A DNA stretch of 64,000 bases from Candidatus Omnitrophota bacterium (GTDB lineage Bacteria; Omnitrophota; Omnitrophia; Omnitrophales; Aquincolibacteriaceae), in contig JAUYMS010000017.1 of assembly GCA_030698625.1 (NCBI GenBank), forward strand, positions 12,962-76,961, in the 5' to 3' direction. The position numbers and the translations under genes were made by a program. Below, piece by piece: positions 48,511 to 60,500 of the stretch. Each line of letters opens with the position of its first letter. The stretch's first letter is position 1. A model generated the notes under the pieces. The model ran no database searches, was not told the origin of the DNA, and saw nothing but the letters and a program-made list of their open reading frames with translations.

Positions 48511-51500
48511 GTGCAGAAGGACTATAGTTATTTCCAGAGAGTGGTTGCGCTCGTCACGGCGCTTGTCTTCTTTACGACAAGCGTGGTCGAGTGGAGCTAT
48601 GCCTCTGCGGCCCCTACTCCCGAGACCCATCTTCAATTCATTTCCGAGCTCGGCATCCCTGCCGATATTGCGACTGTCCGCGATAGCTTCGGTGACTTCT
48701 CCGAAAAGGGGGATCATGTCTTCGTCATCGAAGACGCGCATACCAACTATGATGCCCAGACCAATACCAAAGCCCTTTTAGAATACCTGCAGACGAAACT
48801 CAATATTCACCACGCCTATGTTGAGGGCGCAGCAGCACCGCTTGCACCTGAGCGCATCCGCTTTTACGAAGACGAGGCCACCAATGTGCGGCTCGCCGGG
48901 GAATTGGCAAAAAAAGGCGAAGTCACGGGCATTGAACTTTTTCTGCTTGAGCATGGAAATCATTTCCAGGCTAACGGTGTTGAAGACCTCGGCATGTACG
49001 CCGAAAACCTGGCACTTTACCGCCGTGTCCTTGGGGCAAAGGCCGAATCCGTAGAGCTTTTGAAAATCCTGCGATCGCAAACGGAGCGCATCATCAGCCG
49101 TCTTTTTGGCGCCCGGCTGCGCGAGATCGTCAGGCAGTGGATGGCCTTTCGTGAGCAGCGCATGGATCTCGACCAGTGGATACCCGAGCTCGAACGCGCG
49201 GCGCGGGATTTAGTGCATGTTGATTTTGAAGATCCTATGGCACAGCTCAAGTGGCCGCAGCTGGTCCGGCTCTATCGGCTGAAGCAATTGGAGCAGGATA
49301 TTGACACGGAGAAAATGGAGCAGGAACTCATCCGCGTCGAGGTCTTGATGAAAGCCGCCGGTCAGGAAGGGCTTGCGCAGGAATTTAGACAGCTGCTGAC
49401 CGTCGAGGGCGAACCGGAGTTACGCTTACGGCGTGCCATGGAAGATCTTTACCGGCGCATGCAACCCCTGGGATTTTCTTTCAACGCCTACCCCGCGCTC
49501 CGGAATTTTACCGCGGTCACTATTTTCCGCCGAGAGATGAACGCCCTCGAGATGATGACGGAACTGGAACGGCTCGTCGATACTCTCATGGAAACACTTG
49601 CCGTAACGGATGCTGAAAAGGAATTCCTGCCGTTCATCAAACGTCTTTACCTTCTCGAGAACGCCCTCACACTGACGCTTACGCGTGAGCAGTGGGATCA
49701 GCTGGGTGACGAAGTCCGTCCCGAGGCCCTGCTCGACGAATTGTCTCGGCACAGCAGAAACCTGGCCATCGAGGGACTTGATGAAGAATCCTTGAACAAA
49801 CGGTATGCACGCGTCTTTAATCTGACGGAGTCGGTCAAACGTTTCTATGAGACGGCGCGCGCGCGTGAAAGAGTTCTGGTTAAAAACACCCTTGCCGGGA
49901 TGAAAAGCGAGGGGATTAACAACGCAGTCATGATTGCCGGGGGGTTTCACACCGACGGCATTGCCGCGCTTCTTCGCGAGGCCGGAGTGTCGCACCTCGT
50001 CCTCAGCCCGAATATTCGCAATATCAAGGATGATGAGCAGGACTACTACTGCATGATGACGGGGCGCTGTGATACGGCGGTGCCCGTGCTGCATACCGGA
50101 TTAAATAGTGCGGCGATTCATCGCGAATCGGCCGGCCTGCGGGCTTACCGCTATCGACTTAGGCGCATCGTGGAGACCATAGTGGGATTAGGAATCGGCT
50201 CGCTTGAAGACGACCGGGAACGCGTTTTGCGCTCTTTCGGACTCCTGGCCGACCGTTCGGAACTGCGGGATCAACCCGTACCTACCGATGCCGTTGAAGA
50301 CCACCTTATTAAACCTGTCCTGAATCGCCTGCAGGCCTCGCATCCGGATGTGGCCGCGAACCTAAAATTGAATATTACTTTTGAAGGAGAAGCGAATATT
50401 TTTTGGGCAAAAAACATGACGAAGCCGGTTGCGATTTACAGTGAGGTCCTCGATATTGGCCCGAGGACCGCCTCGCTCGCCATTGATAGCCGCCTGAGGA
50501 GTGCTTTTATCGAGGCGAGCAACAGCGGAAATCCTCTCTTTGCAGCTGCAGCTGAGGATGCCCTGCTACTGCTCGTGTTGAGAGAAGCGATCGCCTTAAA
50601 CAGTCCCCACGTATCGGATACCCTCAACTTGCCTGTGGCGATCGCTTTCACTTCCTTTCTCGAACAAAGTATGAGCTTTAAAGAATTGAGCAGCCGGCTG
50701 GCTTTAGAACATGTGTCTGATTGGGAAGATTATTTCAAGCAAGTGATAGGAATTCTGGATGCGGCGGCCCCGGAGTTTCGTCTTGCGACTTTACATCGAT
50801 TGTGGATGGAGCAGGCAGCCGGACATCAGACACTGGGAGACATAGACGAGATCATTAACTTCGTCAGTAAAGAAGGCGGTGTCGACATGGGAAGCGATGT
50901 CGTCACGATGACGGTCTCAGAAGGCCTGGCAAGCGCTTCTGCGAACAGAAGGGCCGTGCTCGAATCGCGTAAAAGAATTCTGCTCAGAGAACTCGCGGCC
51001 ATGCAACAGGGGCCTGCGCGGTTCCGAGGAGTCGGTTCTCTGGTTCCGTGGGACCTTCCGGCCGAGGATGGGTATAACCTGGCCGGGGAACCCCAGGGCC
51101 TGTTTTCTCAGGACGGAAAGTATGTCGCCCTCGGTCTGCGCTATGAGCAAGGAGACTCGGGGCTTTCCGGCGTTAGCGATGGTGATCTGGTCACCGAAGG
51201 GGCGAGCAACGGCATCATGAACCAAGTGGTGCTTTACGGCGTTTTGCATGATGCACAAAGCCATATCGTAGACGATGTGCGGGAGTATCGAACGATTCCG
51301 GCGGAAGCACTAACGCGCTTTGCGGAGATCACCGGTCTTGTTATGTCATCTGACAATCAACTCTTGGTCGTCTCCGGTCCTGCGCGCGACGGGGGTAAGA
51401 CTCTCGTTTCCGTTTTTAATATCAGCGGAAAATTGCAACTCAAAGACGGTCAGGCGGTTGATGGTGAGGTCTACGATGAACTCAGAACTTTGGAATTCGA

Positions 51501-54500
51501 TGAGACGCCTGATTTTGTCGAGATCGCCGCCGATAACTATGCTCTCTTTGTCGGCCTCGGTAAAGAGCTCAGACGTTATGAATTTATCATGGACGAAGCC
51601 GAGATCAGCGGTTTGAAGGCACCGGTTATCGGTAAGACGGCAACCTATGAGGTTAAGGCGGCGGCGGAGATCCCCGAGGCCGTTCCGCTTCTCGCGCGGC
51701 TAAAATTCGTCGAGGGGAAGAGCCCGGAGCTTTCACTGCGGCACGACGGGAATGTGGCCGAAGCCATGATTCAAATGCTGAGTAGCATTCCGATTGCTGC
51801 GCTTTCGGACGGCAGTGCCGTGCTTGCTGTTTCTGCGAGCAAGGCGCTCATGATGGGACTTCAAGCAGAAACGGTCGGCTCCTTGGCTGTCGCGGAGGCG
51901 ATTCAGGCCCGGGTCCGGGTCATCGAAACCGAGATCGCGGCAATTGATGCGCCTCAGCGCTCGGAGCTCAGGACGGCGGATTTTGATCCCGAAAAGCACC
52001 CTGCGACGATCGAAATCACCTCCTATTACACCTCCCGCGATCATTTGCGTATGGCCTTGGCCATCGGAAATGCCGAGCTCTACACCCAAGCGCTCGGCGA
52101 GTCTATTCACTTTGCCAAAAAGGCTATGGATTTAATCGATCACCGCGGAGAAGTGCAAACCATTGTCAGTTACCTCAGGACCAAACAGGATGTGCCCTTT
52201 CAGCGCGACACAATCGGCGATACCTTTGAGATCACACGAGTGCAGGAAGACAAATTTTCCCGTGAGGAGCAGGAGATGATCGAAGTCGAAACCCAGAAAT
52301 TTCTCAAGGCCCTTGGGTTCCAAGGCAGTGTCGCCGAGGATCTGGCGCGCGAAATCATGCTTGTGAGTTATCCTTTGAGCCTCGCGAACATGATGCCCCC
52401 TACCATTGAGGGTGCGGAGTTTCAGCCGGAAATGACGCGTGAAATCGGCAAGAGTTTGCATCAATTTGTGTTTGCGGAATCCCTAACTTTGGGCGGCGCC
52501 GTCGTCGTTAACCCCTCCCTTGCCAAAGATATCACCATTCAGATTCTGCAAAAGAACGATCCGATTGCTTTCAAAGGGTCCTTTCTTCATGAGGTCGTCC
52601 ACTTTCTGGCGCTTAAGAATGCGCTTCCCTTCGATGTGAGCCGCGAGCTTGTGACGCAGGCAATCACGACCGCCGTTTTTCTTACGGAGGCGGGCAGCCT
52701 GGAGCCCATTCTTTCGCAGATCCCCGAAGACATGCAGGAGTGGCGAATTCTCTATGAAACCGTCGTGAGTTGGGGCGAGACCGCTGCCGAACAGGGGCAT
52801 CGCATCAAGCGGCCGGAAGAACTCGATTCGATGGTGCGTGATTTTATTGAAACCCGCGTCCCGGAGATCATGAATATGCCTTATGCGAAATACAATGACT
52901 TTGTCGATCGTTTGAGCGGTGTCTATCTGGGCGCTTTTGCCGCCAAGACGAAGGCCCTGGATCCTAAAACGAATCTTTATAAATTCATCGTCGACTACGG
53001 CATTCGCCACCTGCCGCGCGTGAGGAACAATGCGTTTACCCGCAGCCTGACGCAGCGCGACCACGCCTTTATTCAAGAAGTCATGAAAACGCTTTCGGCG
53101 GTTGCACAGGTTACGATTCCCGACGGCCGCATTACTTTCAAAGAGCAGTCGATGAAGGAAACGCAGGAAAGAGGGCTCGGCCGTATGGTCTATGATGCTG
53201 ATAAGCATGTCATCTACTACTTGCCGTGGGATATCGTGGAGTTCGGCAAAGACGCCTCCGTCGGACATCTGCTCCAGGAAATCTTTCGCTATCAGCATAC
53301 CTACGACGGGGAAATAGAAGAGGCCTATGACCATACCGCATTTCGTCTGCTCTTTAGCGTTGCCGAAAGCGCCCGTGTGGTGGCGCTCGGTTTGGCCGAG
53401 TTTCCGGAGCGCCTGATCGACATCGAGGCCTTTTATGAGCGGAAGCTCAGGATTTTGGACTTGGAAATAGAAAAGGACCGTATGGCCGAACAGCCGAAAT
53501 TTGTGCAATACGTCGAGGGGCTCTTTTATGCCCTGGCAAAATCCGGCGATCCGGAGAACCCCGAATGGGATCCGAGAATTGTGACGGACATTGTAAAGGA
53601 AGCTCTGAATGATACTTTTGCGGTGGTCGCCGAAGCCATGGCCGCCGAAGGGCCGACGGCGGGCCGTTATTTTTACGAAGTCATACGCGACCAGGTGTGG
53701 CCCGTCGTTGAAAGACTTCTCGAGCTGGACAAAAAGGAAGCGCTCGAGCAGGAACTCGAAAATCAGACCATGAGTCAGATGATCGAGAACGGAGATTTTG
53801 AAATCGTCGAAGCCCCGCCTTCGGAAGGGGAGCCGAGCCCGATGCCGTTACCCCCGGGCGCAAAACTGAAGATCAACATATCCCCGGGGTCCACAGCCGG
53901 TGCGATCGATATGAAAGATCTCAGTCCCGAGGCTCGAGCCGCACTTGAAGAGGCGATGAAGAAGTTTATGGAAAATATGGATGACGAGCAGAAGAAAAAA
54001 TTCGAGGAAGCGGCCCGCCAAGCCTTGGAAAATTCTCTGGAAGATGCCGTCGACGGCATGGCGCCCATTACTTCCGGCATGGACGGAGAATTGCCGGGGC
54101 AGGGCAAATTCAAGCCCGGCCGGGGATCTCCTCAAGTGCCCGGGCGCGGCGATGTGTCGACGGACGCCCTCGGCGAGCTCTATCAGGATCTCGAAGAGGC
54201 GGAGGATCAAGCCAATAGAATCAGTCAGCAAGCGGATGCGATCGAAGCCGAGGCGGCCAGAGTTATCCAAGAGGCGCTTGATGCGGCACGGCAGGCTGCG
54301 GAGATCGATCGAGAAGGGGAAGGCGATAAAGCAAAAGCCCTCGAGATGGAAAAGGCCCTCGCCGGCTTGGCGCAACAGCTTAAGAACCTGCGTGCTGAAG
54401 CGAACCGGTTTCACGATATGGCCGACGATGTGGAAGCAAAAATCGATGACGTTCGCGACGACCCGGATCTCGATCAGGATCAAGTCCAAGAAATACGTGA

Positions 54501-57500
54501 CCGCGTGGATGACCTCCAAGGAAAGGCCCTTGAGATTGACGATGATGCGGCCGGTGCCGACAAGGACGGTCAGCAGGCCGTCAAGAGCGGCGACGAGATG
54601 AAGGACATGATGGAACGCGATCCCGACCGAACCAACTTTATTAAAGGACGCGCCAAGAGAGTTCAAGAGACACTGGAGGACGCGAAAGGGCGCCTCGATG
54701 AGGTGCAGAAAGATGCTCAGGAAGCCGCAGCGCAATCCGGCGATCTGAAAGGCGAAACCCGCGCGATGCGCCAGGGAGTTGTTCAGAATGCCCCCATGGA
54801 AGTGGAGGAAAGTCCGGTGCCGGATATATCGGTGGATGACGGCCTAGAAGATGCCCCGGGTGAAGGGGGTGTCGGCGCAGGCGGCGGAGATCCGGGGGGA
54901 CACATCAAAATCAAGATGCCGAACAGGAGCCGGCCTGGTAAGAAAAGGAGACGTAAGCAAGCGCAAAAGAAGGGCCTACAACCCGAAAAGGTCAGAAAAC
55001 ACACGGTCGATCCGCGCGTCGCGGAATCACTCCGGGAACTTTTGCAGGACGAGGCCTTTCAGGCGCCTGAAAAGCCTTTTGACATTGACGACTTTTATAC
55101 CGCGACAGAGCCCGGAGATGTGAGCCCGGACCAACGCCACATCTATGACATGATTCGCAATCTCTCACGCTCACATGAAGCCACCATTAGGGACGCTATT
55201 CTCAGTGTCCTCGACGAGCTTGAGAGCACCGAAGATATCCCCCGTCAGAAAAAGGGGCGCCTCGACGGGCGCCGTCTTGCGGTGGTCGACAGCGGTATCA
55301 AGGACATCAATAAACGTAAAGTGACACCGGATGCTCCCGTAGTCCGCGTTTCAATTCTGATCGACGTGTCGGGGAGTATGTTTTCGGATGTCAATAACCT
55401 GCAGGTCATCCCGCCCGTTAGTGACGAGTATCTCGAGCAGGCCCTAAAGACAAAAAACAGAATCACGAATGCCGTTCGCACCGCACTCCTTTTCATGGAG
55501 GCATTTCGCAACGAAGAGCGCGTCGAGCTCGAGATCGGGCTCTTTGCGGCCAGGCAAAAAATCATCCTTCGTTTCGGCGAGGAGATCACGGATGCGAAGG
55601 CTTATGAAGTGATACGCACTATTTTAAATCACGGTTTGGGCGGTGATAATACCGATTTGGCAGGTCTTCAGATGATGGTTAACAGCCAGCGTGAACGGGA
55701 GGCCGAAATGGGGCCGGCCTCTAAGATCGTGGTCATTATCGCCGACGGCGGAATTAATTATACGGACGCCCTAGGCTTGCAGACCACGATGCAAAACAAT
55801 ACGGATATGGCATTTCTACCGCGCGGCATCGGCCCGGCATCGGCAAATGTTAAAGGGGCATACGCCCCTTTCGGTAAAGAAGTTGATGATGTGACAAAAC
55901 TGGCCAAAGGGCTTGGCGACGATGTGCTGAACGAGATTGAAAGGCTTCGGCCGACGGGCGGTGACGACCGGTCGGAATTAAGGGTGATGCATCCGGTGAT
56001 TGTGCGGCCCGAGAGGTTCGAGACAGACAATTTTAAAGTTGTGCGGGAAGGTAAAGACGAATTTCTGGTCGTCAAGGGAGGGCGATACCCGACTTTTAAG
56101 GCAAAAGTGGACAAGGGCGGCAGAAATGTGCCGGATGAGGATTTGTATGAGACTGAGACCAACGTCGCCGACGTCGTACAGATTATCAAGCATGTACGAA
56201 ACCAGGACCTGGATCGCAGTCCGCTTTATATCGAAGGTGAAGCAGGAACGGCGAAGAACAAGAAGGTCTACTATGCCGCAAAACTATTACGCAAAGCCAC
56301 GCGATACATGGCGATGCACGATGACATTCACGATGACGACCTGACGGAAAGACGCGGCGTGAATGAAAAGGAAGAAGGTAAGACCGACTGGATCCCTTCG
56401 CCGTTAGTCGAGGCGATGATGAACGGAGATTGGATTATTCTCGATGAGGTCAACAAGGCGAAGACAACGGTTCTTCAGAAACTGAACCAGATCATTCAAT
56501 CCCGCCGCGTGGTACTCCACGACGGAACAGTGGTGACGGCCAAGCCGGGATTTGCGGTCATCATGATGGCCAATCCGCCGCCGAGTTCCGGGGATGCAAA
56601 GGTTTACAGCGTACAAAAGATCTCAGCCGAGATCATGGACCGCCTCCGTTACATGAAGATCGACTACCTGCCGCGCCACGAAGAACTGCAGTTATTGTTC
56701 CATATCCTCATGAAGAAGCGCGGCTTAAAGACCGCAAGTTCGATCCCCAACGTAGACAAAGAAATGGTGCGGAAATTAGTGGACGCGGCGCGTATCATTC
56801 GCGAGAGATATGAGGATGTCGATCCGGCAACCAACTTGAGCCGCGGTCGGGGAAAAAAAGTGGCCCGTCCGTTTTCGACACGCGCATTGGTCAATATCGT
56901 CGAGCATATTGCGGCATATCCCGAAGAAAGAGACCGGATTCGTTCGGTCATCAAACGCTTTTATTCGTATGAGTGGGAAAAGGACGATCAGGTCAGAAAG
57001 GTCGAAGAGGCCTTGAACAACAAGCTGCCGCGTTTTGACGAGCCGTATGTGTTTTCCGACGGCGATTTGATGGGGCCGAAGTATTCGACAAACGCCGAGG
57101 GAAAGCGCGTGTTGGAATTTGCAGGCGTCCAGGTGGAACTCGGGGAACATGCGCCGCTCGGCATGGACGATGTCCCCCTTGAGATGCGCCTGACATGGAC
57201 TTCGAAAAACCTGGAGTATCTGCGCCACATGATGATGGACCTAAGGGCGGGCAATCACATGCTGTTTATCGGTGAGGCCGGCACGGGAAAAGACACGATC
57301 GCAGAATACGTGACTTACTTGACGCATGGCCCGGTGGTGGAAACCTTCGGGGTGACGAAGAATGCAATGGCCGAGGACTTTATCGCCTATGTCGGTTTGG
57401 GCGAGGGTGAGAAGGTCGCCAAAGACGGGTTGGTCCTTGCCGTGGGTAAAAATGAAACAGGTCTCGTGCCGTCGTATGTGGTGCGCGCCATGTTGGCCGG

Positions 57501-60500
57501 ACGGCCGGTGATCTTGAGTGAAATCAACAAAGGGAAACCGGAGGTATTCGCGGCACTCAATAATATTTTGGAATACGGGTGGATCGATCTGGCCAACGGC
57601 CGTCGTGTCCATGCCGAGCCCGGTTTTGTGATTATCGGTACGATGAATCCTCCGAAACGGCAGTACATGGGGAACTACGGGCTCTCGGGAGAATTTATCG
57701 ACCGGTTCTCGACCTATAAATTTGATTATCTGGAGAGGGATCAGGAAGTCGATATCCTGGAAGATTTTAATCAGTATATCAGGACGCTTCCGGACCGGAA
57801 TTTCTACCGGTTAAAACGGGAGTTCATCGAGAAAATTACCGATATGGTGCGGATCCTGCGCAGGAGATACGACGACAACGAACTGCCGCACCCGGTGTCG
57901 ATGCGTGCCCTCAAACGGCTGATCGTGACGTTTGCCGAGTATCCTGAAATCTATAAGGCCGAGAAGAAAGATACCGAAAAACAGACGCCGCTCGAGAAGG
58001 CGATCCTCAGCTCCATTTTCTTCCACGACCCGGTTCATCAGGAAGAGGTGTTGAAGGCGATGAGGGCTGCCAATGTGAAGGGGCTGCGCGACATTGTGGA
58101 GTTTGATGTCTCGACCGGTTCGCAGGTCCTGGATGCCGCTTTTCAGCAATTGCGCTCGAATCTCGGAAGCATCGACTCCATGATCCGCGCCCTGGCCGAG
58201 TTTGACCGGTTGATTGAAGACAATAAGGATAAAATCCCTCCGGCGATTTTCAAGAAGGCACAGCCGGCGTACCGCCATTTGGTGGCTAATGAATTTCCGC
58301 CGAAGTGGGGCGAAAGCCAGCTAGCCGACGCGGTGGTGGTGCATGTGCTCCAGCGCCTTGGCGGTGAATTAGCACTACCGGTACTGCCGCCAATTAACCG
58401 CGAAGTGCTGCGTACGGGGCCACTTGATCTCGCGGCGCATCCGGAATTCGGGGTGAGGTTTATCGGCGACATGGTGCAGGGTATTGCCGAAGTTACAGGT
58501 CAGAAGCAGGACGCCAGGTTCCTGAAGATCGCAGGTAAGGTGTTTTTGGGGTTGAGGAAGGGTTTTTCGGCCAAACAGATCGTGCGGGCCTTCGAACGTG
58601 ACGGCCTGAAACTTTACGGGACCGAGCGTACCGGGGATAGCAAGGGTGGGGAATACTTCGCGGCATTCTTCGGTTTGGCCAAGGATGTGCAGGATGCGGT
58701 GCGCAGCAATACGGCGATTACCGAGGTGGCCAATTACGAGGCACGCATTAAAGTGCTCGGGTTATCTCAGGACTGGGTGGATGTATTCGCCAAGCTGAGC
58801 CGTCCGGCGGTGAACCCGGTTTTGGCGAAGACCTGGCGCGATCAATTGATTACGGCCGTTGATCTCTCCAAACGCGACCGAATAGTCCGTCTTGCGATTC
58901 TCCTGACGCTTCAGATTCTCTTTAAGAATAGCGACCGCGTCTTTATGGATCAAGTGGTCCGTGAACGTATCAAGATTCTCTCGCGGTCCGAATTGCGGTC
59001 TGACGAAGACTCACAGCCCCAACAGCATCTTTCGATTTGGCCCGTTCAAGGGAAGCCGGCTCCGTCATCGGGCTTCGTTCCGGTAGACGAAATTGACGTC
59101 AAGCTGGTCCTATCGGCTGCCCTGAAGGAACTTCGCACTCAACATTTTGCTCTTTATCAAAACCTCTGGACGGAGATCAATGCCGAATGGGGTCCGAATT
59201 TTCTGTGGGTCGAAGGGCTGCCGGCGCCGGCCATGGTGTACGCACATGAACTGGACGGTGGCGATCGCGCGACGGTTTTTGCGCTTGATGTCGGCCTCAG
59301 AGGCTATCTTGAGAAGGCTTACTCGGAGAAAAACGAAAAGCGCAAAGAAGCGGCGACGGAATTCCTGCTTATGCTCTTAATCGGGGAAGCGGCTTCGCTT
59401 GAGGGACGTCCTATGAAGGAAACCCGCACGCCGGATTTAAAAAATGATTTACTCGCCGCGCTTACTGTTGCTAAGCACTTCTACAGTGTTCCGTCTCAGG
59501 CGCCAGTGCAGCAATCCGCTCTTTTTGCCGTGGTCAAAGAAGGAAACCGGTTTGTCTTTAAGCGAAGCGACGGACCCGCCATTGATTTGTCGCGGGGGCT
59601 CGAGGCGGTAAACGGGGTCCAGTTTACGGTCAACGAAGGCGGAGAGCCGCGGGTCCATTTTCACGGATCAGGCCAGGGCGTTTGGGGTCTCTATGACCAG
59701 TTTGGGAGAAAAGTCGGCCCCTTTGAACAGATCGTGCCGTGGCCTGTTGAATATCCGGTTTCTATGCGTGATGGGAAGGGCGGTATCCAAACCTATTTCT
59801 GGGTATTGCAGGATGGGCAATGGATTTTGTACAACCAGGACGGCGTCATCGGCGACGGCCTAAACGACTTAAAAAATACCTTTGCTCACGTTGAAAGGCC
59901 GAGACTCTATGAGAACGAGAACGGCGATCCGTATATCCTTTTTATAGGGCAACCGGCGGGGAGTAACTGGGGCCTCTATTCGGTAACGCAATCCGAAGGT
60001 CAGGGACCTGTGGTGACTCTTTTTCAAGGTGGTTTTGACAGCCGGCGCCATAGGGACTTTGATGAGAAGGAATCCGGTGTCGGTTATCCACAGCCACTTC
60101 GCCTGCCGGACGGCAGACGCAGTCTCGTCGTGCAGAACAATCTCCAACTGATCTATCGAGGGGCCGCTCTCGGTGAAGAGGCGATCTTTCACAATCGAAA
60201 AACCGTTAAAGCCGGCTTTGAAGAAACCGGGGAACCCCACCCTGCTGCGGATTCAAAAGGCAGGATTTACACCTTCTTCCGGGCTAAAGAAAAGAACCCC
60301 GCGGAACCCAATGAGAAAGGGTTATGGCGTATTTACAATAATGCGGTCCCTGTGTCGGCGCCGCTGGCTGAGATCGGCGAGCCGGAGCCCTTTTTTGACA
60401 AACAGGAAGGAGCGCATGCACTCTATAAAGGAAGGGCTGCCGGAGACGATGCGCCCTGGCACCTTTATCAAGACGGCATGCCCCTAACCAAAGCTTATGA

